Shown here: piece after piece, positions 1 to 10,578 of the stretch
Numbering within the stretch: position 1 is the first letter of the stretch
Layout: each line of letters starts with the position of its first letter
Origin: Candidatus Bathyarchaeota archaeon
Lineage (GTDB): Archaea; Thermoproteota; Bathyarchaeia; 40CM-2-53-6; RBG-13-38-9
Assembly: GCA_963807605.1 (NCBI GenBank)
Contig: CAWECG010000001.1
Location: forward strand, 160,001-224,000
Direction of reading: 5' to 3'
DNA length: 64,000 nt
Program-made: the position numbers and the translations under genes
The notes under the pieces: generated by a model
What the model saw: the letters and a program-made list of their open reading frames with translations, nothing else
Database searches by the model: none
What the model was told of the DNA's origin: nothing

Positions 1-419
1 TTCATGCAGTCAGATCGAGGCTCGAGAGATTGGGTGTCTCTCTCAACGAGAATCAACTTACGAGCGTCGTCCAAGCCATAAAAGAGAGACCGACCATCAG
101 CAGATTTAGAGACGCAGATATAATTGAGTTAGCCGAGCGAGTGACTGGTAAAACCCTCAAGGCTCAGGTTCCCAGCAAAGTGGAAGCTCTCTTGAGAGTA
201 AAGTGTGAATCAAACGTTTACACAACGGCGATAGCTAGGAAAATCCGGGCTCTCAAGAAAGTAACCAAGGTGTACGAGGTAACTGGAAATTACGACATCG
301 AAGCTACTATAACCGCCGATTCTACCTTCGACCTGAATGAAATCCTGGAGAGGATAAGAGAGATTGAGGGTGTCGAAGCAACCGAGACTCAACTGGTTTT
401 GAAAAAGTTTGAGACATAG
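1..419 (+). CDS. 3' part of a homocitrate/isopropylmalate synthase-family protein with C-terminal RAM (Lrp/AsnC-type) regulatory domain; 5' truncated by window edge
   Basis: Frame is open upstream of the TTG at 30 and reads HAVRSRLERLGVSLNENQL (LeuA/HCS post-catalytic subdomain); C-terminal VYEVTGNYDI...IREIEGVEATETQLVLK is a RAM fold. Confidence 0.7.
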   Translation, partial: HAVRSRLERLGVSLNENQLTSVVQAIKERPTISRFRDADIIELAERVTGKTLKAQVPSKVEALLRVKCESNVYTTAIARKIRALKKVTKVYEVTGNYDIEATITADSTFDLNEILERIREIEGVEATETQLVLKKFET

Positions 420-427
420 ACTTTCAC

Positions 428-442
428 CAATAAACTTATAGG
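428..442 (+). promoter_or_regulatory. Putative BRE/TATA promoter for the ilv leader transcript
   Basis: caataaaCTTATAgg about 50 nt upstream of the leader ATG. Confidence 0.5.
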
Positions 443-490
443 CAAATGAAAAGATTTTATGCAAGAAACCGGGCGATGAGTGAAGGCGAG

Positions 491-574
491 ATGTTACCAG
501 TGGCATATCCAAGACTCCCCCATTGCTTGAAGTTGATAGCGCTGCTCATCGTCGTTTTAGTACTTCTAGTGTAG
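491..574 (+). CDS. Putative ilv leader peptide MLPVAYPRLPHCLKLIALLIVVLVLLV (27 aa)
   Basis: ATG 491 after SD-like gaaggcgag, TAG 572-574; 12 of the last 13 codons are Leu/Ile/Val; directly upstream of ilvB. Confidence 0.75.
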   Translation: MLPVAYPRLPHCLKLIALLIVVLVLLV

Positions 575-634
575 CCTGAGCAGCGAACTCTCTGTTATTG
601 CTGCGCGGGTCGTATAAAACAACAGTAGAGATGA
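540..634 (+). promoter_or_regulatory. Putative attenuator with alternative stems 1:2, 2:3 and 3:4, the last overlapping the ilvB SD
   Basis: 540-548 cgctgctca pairs with 577-585 tgagcagcg; 580-586 pairs with 598-604; 588-596 pairs with 621-630. Confidence 0.6.
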
Positions 635-641
635 TAAAAAT

Positions 642-2321
642 TTGGTGAAATTAACCGGCGCCAAGGCGCTGGTGGAATCGCTGGAAAGAGAGAAAGTACA
701 GACTATGTTCGGCATACCAGGTGGGCAGATAATGCCTGTCTACGACGTACTACTGGACTCTAAGATCAGACACATACTCGCAAGACACGAACAATCGGCA
801 GCCCACATGGCAGATGGGTATGCAAGGGCTGGCGGAAGAACCGGAGTCTGTATGGCAACCTCTGGTCCTGGGGCCACGAATTTGGTGACTGGATTAGCTA
901 CTGCACACTTAGACTCATCACCAATAGTGGCTGTGACAGGCCAAGTTCCCACCCCACAGATAGGTCTTGATGCTTTCCAAGAGGCGGATATAATAGGCAT
1001 AGGAAGTCCAGTTACCAAATACAGCTTCCAACCGCGTAAGGCTGAGGAGATACCATTAGCCGTTAAGCAAGCCTTCTTCATAGCCCAGACAGGAAGAAAA
1101 GGTCCCGTCCTAATAGATCTACCCAGAGATGTTCAATTAGAGTCGGCTGAAATGGAATTTCCAGATAGGGTTGAGATTAGAGGATACAGAACAGTCTACA
1201 AGCCAGACCCAGAGAAAATAGGCCGAGCGGCAGAGATGTTGGTCAGAGCTGAGAGGCCGCTTATACTAGCAGGCGGAGGAGTAAGTCTAGCAAATGCTTC
1301 TAGCGGGTTACAAAAACTATCTGAATTACTCTTGGCACCGGTCGCTACCTCATTAATGGGTAAAGGTACTTTCCCAGAAGATCATCCTCTTTCCATAGGC
1401 ACCATAGGAATGCACGGTACAAGAGAAGCTAACCAGTTGATCTACGAAACTGACATCCTATTAGCTATCGGTTGCCGATTCAGTGACAGAACAACTGGAA
1501 AGGTGGATGAGTTCTGCCCAACCTCACACGTCATACATATAGACATCGATCCCACGGAGATTGGAAAGAACAAGTGTGTGAATCTCGCAATAGTAAGTGA
1601 TGCAGGCATGGCACTCGAAGAACTCTGCAGCGCATTGCGTAGGAAAATAGAATCGAGAAAGGACACCCCTTGGTCGAGGAAAGTTAAGGAAGTCAAAGAA
1701 TCCTTCGCAAACAAGATAGAAAACTCTGGCAAAGAGTTGACTCCCCCAAAGATCCTAAAAGAACTTCGTAGATTGTTGCCATTGCAGTCAATAGTCACGA
1801 CTGAAGTAGGTCAGAATCAAATGTGGGCTTCACTATACTTTAAGGCTCTGCAGCCACGCACTTTCATCACTTCAGGCGGATTTGGATGTATGGGATACGG
1901 TTTTCCCGCCTCTCTGGGTGCGAAAGTCGCCAAGCCTGACGTGCCAGTCCTGGACATAGCTGGAGACGGAAGCTTCCAGATGACAGAAAACTCTCTGGCA
2001 ACGTCGATATCTGAGAAGATACCCGTCACAGTCTTGATACTCAATAACAGGATGTTGGGAATGGTTGCACAGTGGCAGAGGCTGTTCTACAACCGGAGAT
2101 ACTCCGCCGTTCAGTTAGGTAAAGTTCCAGACTTTGCGAGACTCGCCGAGGCCTACGGAGCTGAGGGAATACGCGTCGGCTCGATCAAGGAAATGTCGGA
2201 AGCAGTCAAGAAATCCTTACGAAGCGATGTTACAACAGTCATAGACGTCCCAATCGATCCCGAAGAAAACGTATTGCCAATGGTGCCTGGAGGATACGGC
2301 CTGAAAGATGTCATAGGGTGA
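642..2321 (+). CDS. ilvB: Acetolactate synthase large subunit
   Basis: HEQSAAHMADGYAR, TSGPGATN and the ThDP motif GDGSFQM...NNRMLGMV. Confidence 0.97.
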   Translation: MVKLTGAKALVESLEREKVQTMFGIPGGQIMPVYDVLLDSKIRHILARHEQSAAHMADGYARAGGRTGVCMATSGPGATNLVTGLATAHLDSSPIVAVTGQVPTPQIGLDAFQEADIIGIGSPVTKYSFQPRKAEEIPLAVKQAFFIAQTGRKGPVLIDLPRDVQLESAEMEFPDRVEIRGYRTVYKPDPEKIGRAAEMLVRAERPLILAGGGVSLANASSGLQKLSELLLAPVATSLMGKGTFPEDHPLSIGTIGMHGTREANQLIYETDILLAIGCRFSDRTTGKVDEFCPTSHVIHIDIDPTEIGKNKCVNLAIVSDAGMALEELCSALRRKIESRKDTPWSRKVKEVKESFANKIENSGKELTPPKILKELRRLLPLQSIVTTEVGQNQMWASLYFKALQPRTFITSGGFGCMGYGFPASLGAKVAKPDVPVLDIAGDGSFQMTENSLATSISEKIPVTVLILNNRMLGMVAQWQRLFYNRRYSAVQLGKVPDFARLAEAYGAEGIRVGSIKEMSEAVKKSLRSDVTTVIDVPIDPEENVLPMVPGGYGLKDVIG

Positions 2322-2834
2322 AAATGTTGACAAAGACATTTGTAATATCCGCATTGGTTGAACATAAACCAGGTGTTCTCTATAAGGTCTCGAACATGTT
2401 CTGGCGCCGCGGCTTCAACATTGAGAGCGTATCCATTGGAACTGCGGAGAAGGAAGACTTGGCTAGAATGACGATAACTATCAAGGGTGAGGAGAAAGAT
2501 GCCGAGCAGCTTGTCGGCCAGCTTGAGAAACTGATAGATGTCCTCAAAGCTCAACGGCTCGACCCGGAAAAAGCCGTTATGAGAGAGCTTGCCCTCATCA
2601 AACTCAGCGCCGTAGACCAAAAGAATCCGCTCGGACATCTTCCATTACGTCGAGGTATTTAGGGGAAGGATAGTTGATGTCTCCCCGGAGACGGCTACCG
2701 TCGAGATAGTTGGGAGTAAGGACAAGATAGACGCGTTCATCAATCTGACGCGCAACTTCGGGTTAGTGGAGGTTGCTAGGACCGGTGAGACTGCTCTTAT
2801 AAGGGGACCAGAATCTGTAAGGATAAGCGAATAA
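2318..2834 (+). CDS. ilvN: Acetolactate synthase regulatory subunit; one apparent extra A near 2624
   Basis: ACT domain VEHKPGVL...RRGFNIESV; after a 1-nt shift reads IRSDIFHYVEVFRGRIVDVS...EVARTGETALIRG to TAA 2832-2834. Confidence 0.9.
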
Positions 2835-2847
2835 GGTGATTTAGAGT

Positions 2848-3852
2848 ATGGCAAAAGTATTTCACGACAAAGATGCAGACCTAAAGTATCTTGAAGGAAA
2901 GACCATAGCCGTTATCGGCTACGGTAACCAAGGGCACGCTCAAGCCCTGACATTCAGAGACTCGGGCATCAACGTAGTAGTAGGCTTAAGACCTGGAGGA
3001 AAATCCTGGAAATTGGCGGAGCAGGAAGGGTTCAAACCTCTAACAGTGGACGAGGCAGCGAAGAAGGCGGACATCATACACATGCTGTTTCCAGACCTTG
3101 AACAGCCGGCAGTCTACAAGAAATCCATCGAACCGAACCTCAAAGCCGGCAAGACAATCAGCTGCTCACACGCATACAATATACACTTCAAACAGATAAT
3201 CCCGCCAAAGAACGTAGACGTCATCATGGTGGCGCCGAAGAGCCCCGGCTCAAGACTCAGAGAGATCTACAAGCAAGGCTTCGGTGTACCTGCGCTAATA
3301 GCGGTCTACCAAGACGTCTCCGGCAAAGCGAAAGGGACAGTGCTTGCAATGGCCAAAGCTTTGGGCGCAACGAAGGCAGGAGTGATAGAGACGACATTCA
3401 AAGAAGAAGCCGAGACCGACATAATAGGCGAACAGATAGTCCTCGGAGGGGGATCAATGGAACTGATCAAGAAGGGCTTCGAAGTCCTCGTTGAGGCGGG
3501 CTATCAACCTGAACTCGCATACTTCGAGGTTGCTAATGAGCTGAAGCTCATGGTCGATCTTCTCTACGAAGGCGGGCTAACTAGGATGATGAAGATGATA
3601 TCCCACACGGCGCAGTACGGTAGCATGACCGTCGGTCCTCGAGTGATAGATGACCACGTGAAGGAGAACATGCGCAAGGTTGTAAAATTCGTTCAGAGCG
3701 GTGAATTCGCAAGAGAGTGGAGCGGTGACCCTCAGAAGAGCATGGAGAGACTGAACAAGCTGATGAAGGAGCTTGAGGAACACCCGGTAGAGAAGGTTGG
3801 GAAAACAATCAGACAGATGGCTGGAACCGAGAGAGGTGCCACTGCCTACTGA
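2848..3852 (+). CDS. ilvC: Ketol-acid reductoisomerase
   Basis: [29 protein letters not shown]. Confidence 0.97.
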   Translation: MAKVFHDKDADLKYLEGKTIAVIGYGNQGHAQALTFRDSGINVVVGLRPGGKSWKLAEQEGFKPLTVDEAAKKADIIHMLFPDLEQPAVYKKSIEPNLKAGKTISCSHAYNIHFKQIIPPKNVDVIMVAPKSPGSRLREIYKQGFGVPALIAVYQDVSGKAKGTVLAMAKALGATKAGVIETTFKEEAETDIIGEQIVLGGGSMELIKKGFEVLVEAGYQPELAYFEVANELKLMVDLLYEGGLTRMMKMISHTAQYGSMTVGPRVIDDHVKENMRKVVKFVQSGEFAREWSGDPQKSMERLNKLMKELEEHPVEKVGKTIRQMAGTERGATAY

Positions 3853-3912
3853 CTGTGATCAATGAATTCCATACCTAGCATTCGAAAACCATGCGAAAAT
3901 CACTCTTTTTTT

Positions 3913-3929
3913 CCGAAAACTCTTTATTA
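3913..3929 (+). promoter_or_regulatory. Putative BRE/TATA promoter for leuC, preceded by a T-tract near 3906-3912
   Basis: ccgaaaacTCTTTATTA. Confidence 0.45.
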
Positions 3930-3971
3930 GAGTACGATATGATGTTTAGGCAACATGGCAGGCTATGAAAA

Positions 3972-5234
3972 TTGAACATATTCGAAAAGATCCTCGCTAG
4001 GGCATCGGAAAGAAAGGAAGTAACCCCAGGGGAGATAGTCGAAGCAAACATCGATATGGCGATGATTCACGACCTAACCGGTCCTCTAACAGTGGACTCC
4101 TTCCGTAAGATTGGCGCCGAGAAAGTATGGGACCCAAAGAAGATAGTGGTAATTTTTGACCACTTGGTTCCTCCAAGCACCGTCAGGGCTGCTACCCTCC
4201 AAAAAGGAGTCAGAGAATTCGTGAGAGAACAAGGAATCAGAAGCTTCTACGATGTCGGCCAAGGAGGGGTCTGCCACCAAGTCTTTCATGAGAAGGGATA
4301 TGCAAGACCCGGTGAACTGGTCGTCGGTGCCGACTCACACACATGCACCTACGGAGCACTAGGAGCCTTAGCTACTGGAATAGGATCAACCGAGATGGCA
4401 GCAGTCTTTACAACAGGAAGAATGTGGTTCAAAGTGCCTAAAGTCATGAAGATCCATACTAGCGGAAAATTCGAGAAAAATGTTACCTCAAAGGATCTCA
4501 TACTAAGAATAATCGGAGATATTGGAGAGGGTGGAGCAATATACAAGGGAATGGAATTCACAGGTCCAACATTCACAAACATGAGCATTGATGGAAGATT
4601 AACAGTATGTAATATGGTGGTCGAGGCAGGAGCAAAAGCAGGCATAGTCCCGCCAGACAACAAAACCCTCACTTACGTCAGAGCAAGAACAAAGAAACCA
4701 TTCAAACCATTAAAAAGTGATAAAGACGAAGCTTATGAAGAGCAGCTAGAATACGATGTTTCAAAACTAGCTGCTCAAGTAGCCTGCCCCTCATCAGTTG
4801 ATAACGTCAAACCTGCATCTGAACTGTCTAACGTAAAAGTAGACCAAGTATTCATAGGATCATGCACAAACGGACGAATCGAAGATCTCAGGTTCGCTGC
4901 ATCAATCCTGAAGGGTAAAAACCTTCACCGCGATGTCCGAATGATCGTAAGCCCCTCATCCCAACAAGTATACAGCCAATGCCTCAAAGAGGGGCTGTTC
5001 CAAATATTCATGGAAGCTGGCGCAATAGTGACCAATGCAACGTGCGGGCCCTGTCTGGGTGGACATATGGGATTACTAGCTGCAGGAGAGGTCTGTATCA
5101 GTACCTCAAATCGTAATTTCATAGGCAGAATGGGAAGCCCTCAATCCTACGTTTACCTGGCTAATCCAGCTACAGCAGCAGCATCTGGAATAGCTGGATA
5201 CATAATCGATCCAAATGAATTGAGGAGGAGATGA
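3972..5234 (+). CDS. leuC: 3-isopropylmalate dehydratase/homoaconitase large subunit
   Basis: GADSHTCTYG, FIGSCTNGR, CGPCLG, STSNRNFIGRMG. Confidence 0.93.
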   Translation: MNIFEKILARASERKEVTPGEIVEANIDMAMIHDLTGPLTVDSFRKIGAEKVWDPKKIVVIFDHLVPPSTVRAATLQKGVREFVREQGIRSFYDVGQGGVCHQVFHEKGYARPGELVVGADSHTCTYGALGALATGIGSTEMAAVFTTGRMWFKVPKVMKIHTSGKFEKNVTSKDLILRIIGDIGEGGAIYKGMEFTGPTFTNMSIDGRLTVCNMVVEAGAKAGIVPPDNKTLTYVRARTKKPFKPLKSDKDEAYEEQLEYDVSKLAAQVACPSSVDNVKPASELSNVKVDQVFIGSCTNGRIEDLRFAASILKGKNLHRDVRMIVSPSSQQVYSQCLKEGLFQIFMEAGAIVTNATCGPCLGGHMGLLAAGEVCISTSNRNFIGRMGSPQSYVYLANPATAAASGIAGYIIDPNELRRR

Positions 5235-5734
5235 AGTTGATCATTACTGCAAAAGCTGTAAAGTTTGGAAACAATATAAACACAGACGTAATCCTACCGG
5301 GTAAATATCTTGAATTGATCGATCCTAACGAACTAGGAAAACATGCATTGGAAGGACTTGATCCAACCTTCCCGCAGAGAGCAAAAGAAGGTGTAATAAT
5401 CGTAGGTGGCAAGAACTTCGGTTGCGGATCAAGCAGAGAACAAGCCCCAATAGCTCTAAAGGCGGCAGGAGTTAAATGTGTCCTCGCTGAGTCATTCGCA
5501 AGGATCTTCTATAGGAACGCGATAAACATAGGGCTGCCGGCCCTAGAATGCTCAGGCATCTCAGAAAAAACCAATGAAAGTGACTCGATCTCTATAAACT
5601 TGAAAGACGGAATTGTGGAAAACCACACTAAAGGAATCACCTTAAAGACCTCCCCTATGCCCGAGTTTATCATGAATCTATTAGAAGAAGGAGGCCTCAT
5701 CCCTCATACAAGAGGCCTGATCGGTAAAAAATGA
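5231..5734 (+). CDS. leuD: 3-isopropylmalate dehydratase small subunit
   Basis: NINTDVILP, NFGCGSSREQA, SFARIFYRN. Confidence 0.93.
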   Translation: MKLIITAKAVKFGNNINTDVILPGKYLELIDPNELGKHALEGLDPTFPQRAKEGVIIVGGKNFGCGSSREQAPIALKAAGVKCVLAESFARIFYRNAINIGLPALECSGISEKTNESDSISINLKDGIVENHTKGITLKTSPMPEFIMNLLEEGGLIPHTRGLIGKK

Positions 5735-5844
5735 GAGAACATAACATCGCACTTATACCTGGCGATGGTATTGGCCCAGAACAGACTGAAGCTGCACTGA
5801 AGGTTTTAGAAGCGCGCGCTAAGAGTATAAGAGAAAAATGCTAA
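5731..5844 (+). pseudogene. 5' remnant of the native leuB
   Basis: ATGA overlap with leuD; MREHNIALIPGDGIGPEQTEAALKVLEA then breaks at GCGCGCGCT (5812-5820). Confidence 0.85.
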
Positions 5845-5860
5845 GGAGAAAAGAAGAACG

Positions 5861-6922
5861 ATGAGAAAGAAATATAATGTCGCAGTAATTGGCGGTGACG
5901 GTACAGGTCCGGAAGTGGTAGCAGAAGGATTAAAAGTCCTGAAAGCAGCTTCGAATGAATTTGGTTTTTCGTATGATACGACAATGTTTGATTTCGGTGG
6001 TGAGCGGTACCTGAAGACCGGAAAAACAATTACCGATGAAGAACTGGAAGGATTGAAAAAGTTTGATGCGATCTATCTTGGTGCAATCGGACATCCGGAT
6101 GTAAAACCGGGAATTCTGGAGCAAGGAATTCTTCTCAAGATACGATTTGCGCTCGATCAGTATATTAATTTACGTCCGGTGAAACTCTATAATGAAGCCT
6201 TTTGTCCCTTAAAGGATAAGAAACCGGAAGATGTTGATTTCGTCGTTGTGCGTGAAAATTCCGAAGGCCTCTACAAAGGACTCGGCAGTTTTGAAAATAA
6301 AGGGACAAAAAATGAAGTAGCAATTCAAATATCGCACAATACACGGAAAGGCGTTGAACGCTGTATTCGCTATGCGTTTGAATACTGCAAGAAACGCAAC
6401 AGCAAGAAAAAGAAACTCACGCTCTGCGGAAAAACGAATGTCCTGACATATGCATGGGATCTCTGGCAGCGAACATTTGATGAAGTGAAAAAAGAATATC
6501 CAGACATTCAAACCGAGTATGTGAATGTTGATGCAACAACCATGTGGTTTGTAAAAAATCCAGAATGGTTTGATGTGATTGTTACTGATAATTTATTCGG
6601 TGATATTATCACTGATCTTGGAGCGATGGTGCAAGGCGGTATGGGTATCGCCGCGGGTGGCAATATTAATCCGGAAGGCGTTTCTATGTTTGAACCGATC
6701 GGCGGATCTGCACCAAAGTATACCGGGAAACATGTTATTAATCCGCTTGCAGGGATTTGCGCCCTTGGGATGCTTCTGGAAAATATCGGTGAAGAAAAAG
6801 CCGGCAAAGGCGTTGAGAATACAGTGATTCGTCTTGTTCAGACTAAGATAAGAAGCCTTTCAGCAGGAAAGATGGGGTATACCACCGAAGAAGTCGGCGA
6901 TATGGTTGCAGGCGGGTTATAA
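5861..6922 (+). CDS. leuB: 3-isopropylmalate dehydrogenase, compositionally foreign (bacterial-like)
   Basis: [42 protein letters not shown]; 10 of 12 Arg codons are CGN versus 5 of 5 AGR in adjacent leuD. Confidence 0.92.
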   Translation: MRKKYNVAVIGGDGTGPEVVAEGLKVLKAASNEFGFSYDTTMFDFGGERYLKTGKTITDEELEGLKKFDAIYLGAIGHPDVKPGILEQGILLKIRFALDQYINLRPVKLYNEAFCPLKDKKPEDVDFVVVRENSEGLYKGLGSFENKGTKNEVAIQISHNTRKGVERCIRYAFEYCKKRNSKKKKLTLCGKTNVLTYAWDLWQRTFDEVKKEYPDIQTEYVNVDATTMWFVKNPEWFDVIVTDNLFGDIITDLGAMVQGGMGIAAGGNINPEGVSMFEPIGGSAPKYTGKHVINPLAGICALGMLLENIGEEKAGKGVENTVIRLVQTKIRSLSAGKMGYTTEEVGDMVAGGL

Positions 6923-6942
6923 GAAAAACACGCGCGCGCTGT

Positions 6943-7101
6943 GAAAAGGAAGACGACACGAAGTGGACGAATGCAGCTAACGCAATTGAGGAAGCCTTCG
7001 TCAACAATCTAGAACAAGGCGTCTACACACCTGATCTTGGAGGGAAGAGTAGAACAGCGGAAGTTGGAAAAGCAATAGCACAACAAATAATCGAGGGATA
7101 A
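6943..7101 (+). pseudogene. 3' remnant of the native leuB
   Basis: EKEDDTKWTNAANAIEEAFVNNLEQGVYTPDLGGKSRTAEVGKAIAQQIIEG*; TPDLGG C-terminal motif; stop lies 2 nt before leuA. Confidence 0.85.
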
Positions 7102-7103
7102 GA

Positions 7104-8630
7104 ATGCAGCAGGAGAAGGATAGAGTCTGGATATTTGATACTACTCTAAGGGACGGCGAACAGACTCCCGGGGTATCCCTCACACCAGAGGAGAAGCTAG
7201 AGATAGCTATGAAGCTGGACGAGCTTGGCGTCGACACTATAGAGGCGGGTTTCCCAAGAGTATCACGAGGGGAAGTTGAAGCTACTAAGCTCATTTTGAA
7301 ACAAGGTCTGAAGGCCAAAGTCTGCGGACTCGCACGGACTGACCAGAAGGACATCGATGCCGCTCTCGAATGTGGAGTCCCCTACATACACGTATTCATA
7401 GCAACCTCAGAGATCCACATGAAACACAAACTGCAAATGAATAAACAACAGGTTCTAGAGGCTGCAACAAAATGGGTAGGTTACGCGAAGGATCACGGTG
7501 TGATTGTAGAATTCTCACCTGAAGACGCGACTAGAACCGAGCCCGACTTCCTCAAACAGGTCCTTAAGGTCGCTGAAGAGGCTGGAGCCGACATAATAAA
7601 CGTTCCAGACACCGTCAGCGCCGCAACACCTGAGAGGATGTTCGAGATCATAAAAGAATGCGTATCCACGGTAGCCATACCGATCAGCGTTCACTGCCAC
7701 AATGATTTCGGCTTGGCTGTAGCAAACTCACTCGCCGGAATCAGAGCAGGAGCATCGCAAGCCCATGTAACAATAAATGGGCTGGGCGAAAGAGCAGGTA
7801 ACGCCTCTCTTGAAGAGTTTGTAATGTCCCTCCATCTGCTAGAGAATAAGAAGACAAGCATCAACACCAAGCTCATCTACGAGACCTCAAGACTGGTATC
7901 CGGGCTTACAGGCGTACTTATACAGCCGAACAAGGCTATAGTTGGAGAGAATGCCTTCGGTCATGAATCCGGGATCCATACACATGGAATGCTGAAAAGT
8001 CCCTTAACATATGAACCGATCACCCCTGAGCTTGTTGGAAGAAAGAGATGGTTCCAAGCCGGAAAACATGCCGGAGGACACGGCCTTGCCGCCAAGCTTG
8101 AGGAGGACGGCCTTCATCCAACTGAAGAACAGATGAAAGAGATAACCCGTCGAGTCAAGGATATCGGCGACAGGGGAAAGATGGTGGCCGATGCAGACCT
8201 ATTCGCAATCGCCAAAGCAGTTATCGGCGGAGTTTCGGAAGAGAAGAAGATCGTTGAGTTAGAGAATCTCACAGTTGTAACAGGAACAGGCGTGGTCCCA
8301 ACATCATCGGTCAAGCTACTTATTGACGGAAAAGAGTACATATCCTCGGAGACCGGCGTTGGGCCGGTCGACGCTGCCATCAAGGCTATCCACAAGATAG
8401 TTGGTCCGCTGGCGGACGTGAGATTGAAGGAGTATCGACTGGAAGCCACAACTGGTGGGTCCGACGCTTTAGCCGAAGTCCTCATAAAGATAGAGGATAG
8501 CGCAGGCAACATTGTGTCGGCCAGAGCAGCCAGAACAGATGTGGTGACTGCAAGCGTAGAAGCAGTGATAGAAGGAATCAACAGGACACTAATCAAGAGC
8601 CGCATCAAGAGTTCCGAAGACCGGCGCTGA
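7104..8630 (+). CDS. leuA: 2-isopropylmalate synthase (citramalate synthase not excluded)
   Basis: [24 protein letters not shown] and the C-terminal regulatory domain GVGPVDA. Confidence 0.88.
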   Translation: MQQEKDRVWIFDTTLRDGEQTPGVSLTPEEKLEIAMKLDELGVDTIEAGFPRVSRGEVEATKLILKQGLKAKVCGLARTDQKDIDAALECGVPYIHVFIATSEIHMKHKLQMNKQQVLEAATKWVGYAKDHGVIVEFSPEDATRTEPDFLKQVLKVAEEAGADIINVPDTVSAATPERMFEIIKECVSTVAIPISVHCHNDFGLAVANSLAGIRAGASQAHVTINGLGERAGNASLEEFVMSLHLLENKKTSINTKLIYETSRLVSGLTGVLIQPNKAIVGENAFGHESGIHTHGMLKSPLTYEPITPELVGRKRWFQAGKHAGGHGLAAKLEEDGLHPTEEQMKEITRRVKDIGDRGKMVADADLFAIAKAVIGGVSEEKKIVELENLTVVTGTGVVPTSSVKLLIDGKEYISSETGVGPVDAAIKAIHKIVGPLADVRLKEYRLEATTGGSDALAEVLIKIEDSAGNIVSARAARTDVVTASVEAVIEGINRTLIKSRIKSSEDRR

Positions 8631-8674
8631 GCACGACACTTCAGAGCTTCCAGAAAGATAGACAGTGACTCATT

Positions 8675-9805
8675 GTGGCCAAGCACAGGATAGCACTTCT
8701 TCCGGGCGATGGTATCGGCAAAGACGTAATCGATGCAGCCAAGATAGTTCTTGACGCGACAAGACTTGACGCCGAGTATTTTCTCGGTGAGATTGGATGG
8801 GAATTCTGGAAGAACGAGGGCGACCCTTTACCCCAGAGAACTCTAAGCCTACTTAGAAGGACCGACGCCTGCTTGATGGGAGCAATAACCTCCAAACCTA
8901 AGGATGAAGCTCAACTTGAGCTAGACCCCAAGCTGAAGAACAAAGCTTACGATTACTACAGCCCAATAGTCAGGCTCCGTCAGGAGTTTAATCTCCACAC
9001 GAACATAAGACCCTGCAAGAGCTACAAAGGCAACCCACTCAACTTCAGAGAAGGAATAGACATAGTAGTATTCAGAGAGAATACCGAAGGCCTCTACAGC
9101 GGAGTTGAGTTCCACCCCCTGCCGTTGCCACTGATGCAGTGGCTAATTAAGAATCATCCGAAGATGAAGAGATTCGAATCTACGCCTCTTGATGAGATAG
9201 CAATCTCATTGAGGATAATGACTAGGAAAGCCTGCGATACGATCCTGACCAGTGCATTCGAGTACGCCAAGAAGAAAGACTACAAGACCGTCACCGTAGT
9301 CGAGAAGCCGAACGTACTGAGAGAGACAGGCGCGCTGATGCTCAGAGAAGCGCGAAGAATTGCCACGAACTACCCTTCAATTCAACTCCTAGAAGGAAAT
9401 ATAGACGCGATCTGTATGTGGCTGATAAAGAACCCCTTAGACTACTCGATAATTGTGGCTGAGAACCTTTTCGGAGACATCATCTCCGACCTCTGCGCGC
9501 AACTTGTGGGAGGCTTAGGCTTCGCGCCGAGCGCGAACGTCGGTGATAGCTATGCAATCTTTGAACCAACACATGGCTCGGCTCCGAAGTATGCGGGACA
9601 GTACAAAGTCAACCCTCTGGCAACAATCCTCTCTGCAGCTATGATGCTTGAATACCTTAGAGAAAATGCCTTGGCAGCAAGAGTTGAAAACGCAGTCGCA
9701 GCTGTCATCGCAGAAGGAAGAGTAAGAACCTACGATATGGGCGGAAGCAGCACCACCTTGGATATGGCACATGCCATATCTGACAAGCTGAGTTCAAGCT
9801 CGTAA
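8675..9805 (+). CDS. Isocitrate/isopropylmalate/homoisocitrate dehydrogenase family protein
   Basis: GDGIGKDV, FRENTEG, ENLFGDIISD, FEPTHGSAPKYAG. Confidence 0.9.
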   Translation: MAKHRIALLPGDGIGKDVIDAAKIVLDATRLDAEYFLGEIGWEFWKNEGDPLPQRTLSLLRRTDACLMGAITSKPKDEAQLELDPKLKNKAYDYYSPIVRLRQEFNLHTNIRPCKSYKGNPLNFREGIDIVVFRENTEGLYSGVEFHPLPLPLMQWLIKNHPKMKRFESTPLDEIAISLRIMTRKACDTILTSAFEYAKKKDYKTVTVVEKPNVLRETGALMLREARRIATNYPSIQLLEGNIDAICMWLIKNPLDYSIIVAENLFGDIISDLCAQLVGGLGFAPSANVGDSYAIFEPTHGSAPKYAGQYKVNPLATILSAAMMLEYLRENALAARVENAVAAVIAEGRVRTYDMGGSSTTLDMAHAISDKLSSSS

Positions 9806-10017
9806 TTCTATTGAAAAATTGTGGGCAGAGGAAGCTAGATCTTCACGGCATTTGAGTCTCCAAACCTCTTTTTTCTACGCGGCGTCGTAACACTTGTTAG
9901 AAGGTCGGTATATCAGGACCTTCCTTAGCACTACGATTGGTTACGGTCTTGTCTACGGTTGTGGTCAATCGAAAACGAAGTAGGAGCTTGACGAGTAATA
10001 TCGATCATTGAATTTCT

Positions 10018-10398
10018 CTAAGGCGTTTGCTCACGGTATATGTGACATATTATTCCTGCGATTAAGATGAGAACCGCTCCCACTCCAACCAATTGGGGTC
10101 CTGAGATCAAAGATGCGATTATGAGTACAACTCCGATCACGATGCCTCTTACCCCTGCACTAGCAAGTCTGCTCTTACTTGTCATGTGGAAACAATCGAA
10201 TCCTAAAAGGGCGCCTACGATCTCTATTATGATCCCGGCCAAGTACGTATATTGAAGCGGTTCGCGAAGTCCGAAGGTTGGATACACCGTCGTTATCGGA
10301 AGACTCAGAACCGCAATTATAAGGACAATAGTGGAACCTAGCAGGAAAAAGATGGATGCTAAATCCAAGAGCGTCTTTCTGCTGAAGGCTTCAGGCAT
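10018..10398 (-). CDS. Hypothetical membrane protein (about 4 TM)
   Basis: ATG-started ORF with several hydrophobic segments. Confidence 0.65.
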   Translation of the reverse strand: MPEAFSRKTLLDLASIFFLLGSTIVLIIAVLSLPITTVYPTFGLREPLQYTYLAGIIIEIVGALLGFDCFHMTSKSRLASAGVRGIVIGVVLIIASLISGPQLVGVGAVLILIAGIICHIYREQTP

Positions 10399-10578
10399 AA
10401 CAAGTCACTACCATATTATTCCTCTTGTTTAGTATTTAGAAATTCCTGAGAGTGATGGGGACTTCGTTGAGGATCTGTTTACAGGTGATTCCATGCAGCT
10501 TCGATCTTAATTGAGTTAATCAGAGAAAAAATCAAATTTATCTGCTCAGCATCAGTTGATTCGGCGGTGTGAAGATTC

